From: Planctomycetota bacterium
GTDB lineage: Bacteria > Planctomycetota > MHYJ01 > JACPRB01
Reading direction: 5' to 3'
DNA length: 64,000 nt
Assembly: GCA_035574235.1 (NCBI GenBank)
Contig: DATLZA010000102.1
Span: 27,219-91,218 of the forward strand
This document shows positions 62,452 to 64,000 of this stretch, piece after piece. The position numbers and the translations under genes are program-made. The notes beneath the pieces were generated by a model. It saw only the letters and a list, made by a program, of their open reading frames with translations, had not been told where the DNA came from and searched no databases. Position 1 is the first letter of the stretch; each line of letters opens with the position of its first letter.

Positions 62452-62748
62452 CTATCGGGCGGGTTCCGGAGGGCGCCGGCGGGATCGCGCGAAGAATCCC
62501 AGCACCGCCACAAAAAGGGCCGCCCCGAGGATCGACCACAGGATGGGGAACGGCTCGTTTCCGATGCGCACGACGAGAACGGCCGGAAGTCCCAGAAGCC
62601 CCGCCATCCACGACCCCAGGAGCGCCCCGATGAAGCCCAGGGCGATCGAGACCAGGCAGCCTCCTCGCGAGTATCCGGCCAGCACCTGACCGAGAGCGCC
62701 GGCCACGCCGGCCACCAGCAGCAGAAGCAGAAATTCCAGAAGGTTCAT
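62452..62748 (-). CDS. GlsB/YeaQ/YmgE-family stress-response membrane protein
   Basis: 98 aa; Gly-rich TM helices VAGVAGALGQVL, IGALLGSWMAGLLG. Confidence 0.7.
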   Translation of the reverse strand: MNLLEFLLLLLVAGVAGALGQVLAGYSRGGCLVSIALGFIGALLGSWMAGLLGLPAVLVVRIGNEPFPILWSILGAALFVAVLGFFARSRRRPPEPAR

Positions 62749-62911
62749 TCCGAGTCTCCCTGCAAAAGGGTCACGGGTACCTACACATACGATGCTTCGG
62801 CGCGCGGGTTACTACGCGGGTAACGGCTCAGGACCTCGAAGAGCGGATCACGAAGGACGCGGCGCGTCCCGCGATTCCGCGATCGGATCCTTCATGACGG
62901 CGGCCCAAAGG

Positions 62912-63751
62912 CTATTCCGAAGGCGAGCGATCGAGGACGCGCGTGAGAATTTCCGGCCAGCTTCGAGCGACGCGGCCCGGCGCCGCCACGGGCCGGCCCC
63001 GGGGCGCGAAAAGGATGCCTTCGATGCCGTGCGCGGCGTACGCTTCGAGGTCGCCCCGCACGTCGCCCACCCCCCAGCGCAGGTGCGGAAAGCGCGCCCG
63101 GAGCTCCGCGAGGCGCGCGATCTTGTGGTCCCGCGGCGAGGTGTCCCAGAACCGGGTGCCCTTTCGGAGATAGAGCGGGCCTTCCGGAAAGCCTCGCCGC
63201 TTCAGCCAGTCCCGGGTCTTGGCCGCGAAGACATGGTCGCGGGCCGTCAGATACACCACCTGAAACCGCCGGGCGATTTCACGCAGCGCCTCGGGCGCCC
63301 CCGCCACCGGCCGCACCCGCTCGTTGCCGAGCAGGATGAACCCGAGCGGCGAGATGTCGGCGATCGTGCGGTCGATGTCCGTGACGAAGACGGGGGTTTC
63401 CCTCGGGACGGCGCACACGAGCGCCTCCGCCGGCGGCGCCTCCCACCCGGTCGAGCGGAGCCGCACCCGATAGCGGTACGTGCCGGGCTCCAGCGGGCCC
63501 AGCGGGAGTCCGGCCCGGCCCCGGGCATCGGTCGTGGCGCTCCCCAGGCCCTCGACTTCGACCTCGGCCCCTTCCAGCGGAGGGTCCCAGAAAGCGCAGC
63601 GAAGGCGCTCGGCTTCGACTTCCAGGGTCGCGCGTTCGCCGGCGACCGCCAGAACGTCCCAGGCCGTTACGAGGGCGGACGCGGCCAAGGAACCCTCGCG
63701 GACGTTGCATCCATGGGTAGAAGTATCCGCCGGGATCCCCCCGGGATTCAA
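62912..63751 (-). CDS. HAD-like phosphatase domain protein (App1/DUF2183-like) with N-terminal beta-sandwich domain
   Basis: TTG start; [12 protein letters not shown] (DxDxT-like motif), YLTARD, downstream GD..GDL motif. Confidence 0.4.
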   Translation of the reverse strand: MNPGGIPADTSTHGCNVREGSLAASALVTAWDVLAVAGERATLEVEAERLRCAFWDPPLEGAEVEVEGLGSATTDARGRAGLPLGPLEPGTYRYRVRLRSTGWEAPPAEALVCAVPRETPVFVTDIDRTIADISPLGFILLGNERVRPVAGAPEALREIARRFQVVYLTARDHVFAAKTRDWLKRRGFPEGPLYLRKGTRFWDTSPRDHKIARLAELRARFPHLRWGVGDVRGDLEAYAAHGIEGILFAPRGRPVAAPGRVARSWPEILTRVLDRSPSE

Positions 63752-63989
63752 GCCCGCGGCGGATCGGCCACCGGCGCCGGCGGAGCGGGTTCGAGCAGGA
63801 CGGGGACGGCGAGGGGTTCGGGCGGCTGGGGGACGATCGGAACGATGCCGGCCACCTCGCGGGCCAGAGCCAGGTAGTCTTCCGCCCCGTAAGACTCGGG
63901 GGCGTAGTCGAAGATGGATTTCCCGTGGCTGGGCGCCTCGGCGAGCCGGACGTTGGTGCGGATGCGGGACCGGAAGACCTTGTCCTTGA
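63748..63989 (-). CDS. parA: ParA/Soj-family partition ATPase, C-terminal part (5' end beyond window)
   Basis: Reverse-strand translation ...[49 protein letters not shown] matches the ParA C-terminus; stop TGA at 63750-63748. Confidence 0.6.
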
Positions 63990-64000
63990 AGTAATTTTCG

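Noticed and set aside
1-63989. CRISPR arrays, IS elements/transposases, integrases, rRNA
   Set aside because: No regularly spaced direct repeats, no transposase or integrase-like translations and no rRNA-like segments were seen. The only DNA-level repeat is the internal duplication in 25790-26497.

Overview
High-GC (~70%) bacterial chromosomal segment, about 90% coding, with housekeeping and accessory genes interleaved. Almost all long antisense ORFs in the supplied track are Arg/Pro/Gly-rich shadows of real genes and were discarded. Start codons were chosen by conserved N-termini, Shine-Dalgarno-like motifs and gene overlaps, so they are approximate (+/- a few codons). No database search or RNA folding was possible, so family calls rest on recognisable motifs in the translations.

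Genes called, in order along the window:
- an RDD-domain membrane protein (partial, minus strand) and a dodecin
- hisS and a small lipoprotein whose start overlaps the hisS stop
- a metallophosphoesterase
- five tandem prepilin-type (GFTLVELL) pseudopilin genes
- lpxH
- a pseudo-receiver/PilZ-like protein coupled to a Zn-ribbon ORF
- a reduced dcw cluster (mraZ, small ORF, rsmH, ftsL, ftsI, murE, murF, mraY) that ends directly in mdh
- an OMF-MFP-RND efflux operon with czcCBA-like gene order
- a trans-sulfuration PLP enzyme and a CsaA-like tRNA-binding protein
- a minus-strand operon ileS / purN / three tandem DUF4388 (PATAN-like) paralogs, two of them with C-terminal CheY-like receivers
- a radical-SAM protein, korAB, folE, a 2-Cys peroxiredoxin, a PHP-domain protein, a Ser/Thr kinase, a large FAD/Fe-S oxidoreductase, an MqnC/E-type radical-SAM enzyme and a TatD-like hydrolase
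- a CsgG-like lipoprotein carrying two Zn ribbons, coupled to a LON-N-domain protein
- ispH followed by a B12-binding radical-SAM protein, an Sm-like small protein, a ChlI-like AAA+ ATPase and a lipoprotein
- several secreted proteins and lipoproteins, a Uma2 nuclease, an M14 peptidase, comEC and a partial parA.

Most notable observations:
1. The peroxiredoxin has an in-frame TGA exactly at the peroxidatic-Cys codon, followed by a hairpin. It is a candidate selenocysteine peroxiredoxin.
2. A sigma70-like promoter, a 22-codon uORF and an intrinsic terminator sit in the korAB leader, which suggests attenuation.
3. Three PATAN-like response-regulator paralogs are translationally coupled to purN.
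4. Several genes have consensus -10 boxes 6-9 nt upstream of the ATG, indicating leaderless mRNAs (folE has a perfect TTGACA-N16-TATAAT).
5. The mraZ leader contains a terminator hairpin and a GTGGG direct-repeat array.
6. A T9 homopolymer frameshifts a small secreted-protein gene.

The lineage is probably PVC/Planctomycetota-like. That is an inference from the pseudopilin abundance, PATAN regulators and a dcw cluster lacking ftsW/murG/ftsQAZ, and I cannot confirm it.
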